DNA of 60,628 nt, filler included, from Catajapyx aquilonaris (lineage: Eukaryota): NCBI GenBank assembly GCA_000934665.2. It is 4 parts of 4 records of this genome, joined end to end, with 100 filler letters (N's around TTAATTAATTAA, not from the genome) between each part and the next. Parts side by side here need not be neighbours in the genome. Positions count along the whole stretch, not along the records: positions 45,526 to 60,628 come from KZ539712.1; 3 more parts are not named here. One strand, given 5' to 3'. How positions within the stretch are numbered: position 1 is the first letter of the stretch; the number at the start of each line of letters is the position of its first letter. The position numbers and the translations under genes were made by a program. Positions 45,526 to 60,628 of the stretch are shown here, in pieces. The notes under the pieces are model-generated. The model had not been told where the DNA came from. It worked only from the letters and a program-made list of their open reading frames with translations, and made no database searches.

Positions 45526-47604
45526 TTCGCTGTCGACTCGCCAGGTGGCAGGTCAGTCGATTGGCGACACGGTTGCTATGCTACCAGCTGTTTTTTCCAC
45601 TCTTCCTAGTATAAGCTCTTTGCACAAAGGCACATGTTTTCAACAAAGAAAAGTTCTGCTCTTTTCAAGGCTGCCAACGAGTACATCCAAATGTCCCTGG
45701 ACAATGCCAAATTAAAAGCCAGTGCTTGCACAGGGGTTCAAGTTAAAAATACCACCAGAGATCTTGAATATAATATTCAAGATCTCGGATACCTCACAAT
45801 TTCTACTTGCCAGATAGGTTCACCACCAAGTTGCTAGATAGCACACCCTGAACCGCCCTGAACAAATACAATGTAACCAAGTTTTCTTGATGCTCTGTGA
45901 GCTGACACATTATTACAGACAACAGTTTATTAGAATTTGCCAATGCACTTCACCAAATTCACCAAAGGTAAGCTGCATGGAACCTATGCAACTTGATCCC
46001 CTGCAATGCTGTAACCTGAAACATTTAAACATTTTCAAGAAGGAAACAGTAGACATCATGTAATTAGAAACATTTCTTTCTTTTAATACCATTACAACGA
46101 AATGACCTTTGTACATCGTGATATTTTCAGTAACTTACAATCAGATAAAATTAAAATAACTATGACTTACACGAGATTATCACAGATTTGGTAAAGGGTA
46201 CAAACAATGAGCCAAGTCTCCAGAAAACTGACATCAGTGCAATGAGATCCACTCTTACTCGTCAATTATTCTCATACACCTCTTTTGTTCCATTATGCTT
46301 CATCGGTGGGTGGAAAACTACATGGACTCATCCTCTACATTTGTGAAGCAAAAAAAAGTCCTGGAAAACCTGAAGGCAGTTCTTATTGTCACGAGAGTCT
46401 CTCTGCCTTTTAAATATATCGCATTTGACGGGATGATGCAGTTGGATTGAGGACATTTTAATGCTTTTTTAAACTTTACATTTTTAGAGGCTGTTGTATT
46501 TGGGTCTCTGGGATGAAGAAGAAAAAAAATTCCACTTGGAATGCTGAAAGCGCGGCATCTGCTTGAAATGAGAGTGCTACCTTCCTTTTCGAAATCCACT
46601 CTTTTCTATGATCTAACTATGTATATCACAGGAGGAGGATCAAGAAGAATGCAAAAAGTCGAAGATACTTGATAAAATGTACATAAGGCAAAGAATGACT
46701 TAACTCACACGCTCTTTAAAGTGGTCCTCCAGTTAAAAAATCCCCAGTTCATGTGCAAGCTCAACAAAATTCTAAATTATCTTAGAATGTTAGAAAAGTG
46801 GAGGGTTGAGGTTTACAATGATTAAAAACCACATTAATCATTCGTCAATCAGGATTCGGGACTTGGCAATGGGGGATAAAGTAAAGGACCACGTCTGAAA
46901 TCACACCTGTAATCACAATTTCATCTCGTGTAACTCCTCCGTTATGTCTCAGAAAATGGAATTACAACTTTGAATTATAAACTTTCACAGTTGAGAGTAT
47001 GAAATAAACTTTCCATCAGCTAAGAGTTGTTTGTTACACCATGTCCATTATGCAAGTAATAACAAATGAATCGGGAATGGGACATTATGCAGTATGTTAT
47101 GCACAGTTTCGTAAATCGTAAATTGGAAGATGTTCCATCAGACTGGAATGTCATTCGAATGAAATCTGTCGCAATTATGCACTACCCCTAAATCCCACAA
47201 CATACTCAATATCTGACCTGTGCCCCAAAAACAGGGGGGAGGGGGGGGGGGGAAGGGGAAACAACCTATAAATGCACTCCTATCTGGAAAGTGGTAAAAA
47301 TCCAGAGCAAGCCAAGAATAATAAAAAGAAATTAAAATATTCAAAATAAAGAGGCAACTGAAATAAAAATGGCATCTTCCAAAATTTCCCATTTTGGTTT
47401 TATCATCTAGTACTCTTTGATCTAACGATGGGGACTGGAGGATAAGAACAGGAATGTTACATTCCCCTGAGAGGAAGAAAAATCATTTTCACTTGAAGGA
47501 CGATGGGACTTGAAAAATCAGGTTTGGACAAGGGGAACCAATGCATAGATTTCTTTTTACGCCTCAATAAATACGCACCACTCTCTCATTCACTCTCACT
47601 CGGC

Positions 47605-60135
<12,531 letters not shown>

Positions 60136-60628
60136 TCACATGTCAAAGGGACACTGGTCTAAACACACTCATGAAAGACAGTGTTCCAACTGAACTGTCC
60201 ACAAGAATTAGCATTTTGGTCCTAAGTAGATTATTATTAAGGAGTTACTTTTGAACACTTATTCTTGCAACCAAAGTAACTCTTCTTACCCTCCTGAATT
60301 TTGAAATTTTTTGAATTTTCTAATTCTGCTCGACCTATAGTGTTGAGAAAACATCACTCCGCTGCTAATTTCCATGTTAGCAGGGTGAAAATACAGCCAA
60401 AAGGCAATGTTCCGAAGCCACAACACTTGCATCCGGTCGCGAGTCGCCGGCCAGTGCCAACGAGGGATATATAGGGTACAGGCAGGCCGTAAAGGTCCGC
60501 CATCTTTGATGGTTTGGCGGCCAGGCCGTGGCACTTCACGGCAAGGACACGCGCGAATGTGAATATTTTTGCCGTACTTATGGAATTAATACGTAGAAAA
60601 GTGTATTAAAGGAGCTCATATGCCAAAA

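Overview
This is eukaryotic (arthropod, probably hexapod) genomic DNA with three artificial 100-nt N/TTAATTAATTAA/N gap spacers. I rebuilt six protein genes by hand from splice sites and reading phase: (1) angel, an EEP/CCR4-family gene (+, 6 coding exons, about 699 aa); (2) an intron-containing piggyBac-derived gene (+, 5 exons, about 693 aa) with a GC-AG intron and a lost third catalytic Asp, probably domesticated; (3) a Wengen-like TNF receptor (-); (4) TMEM41B/stasimon (+, 5 exons, one U12-type intron), head-to-head with (3); (5) a four-finger C2H2 gene (+); (6) the 3' part of a SIK3-like kinase (-, 12 exons in the window, one GC-AG intron, KA1-like tail). Introns and spacers are packed with MITEs, tRNA-derived SINEs and decayed transposons, some nested four to five deep. 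The most notable unexplained structure is two decayed UHRF1-like copies in inverted orientation just downstream of TMEM41B. They form a fold-back with arms of about 550 nt and are a candidate hairpin/endo-siRNA source against a DNA-methylation maintenance factor. A patchwork of co-oriented transposon fragments at about 26.5-29.4 kb resembles a piRNA source locus. All family assignments rest on recalled motifs, not database searches.
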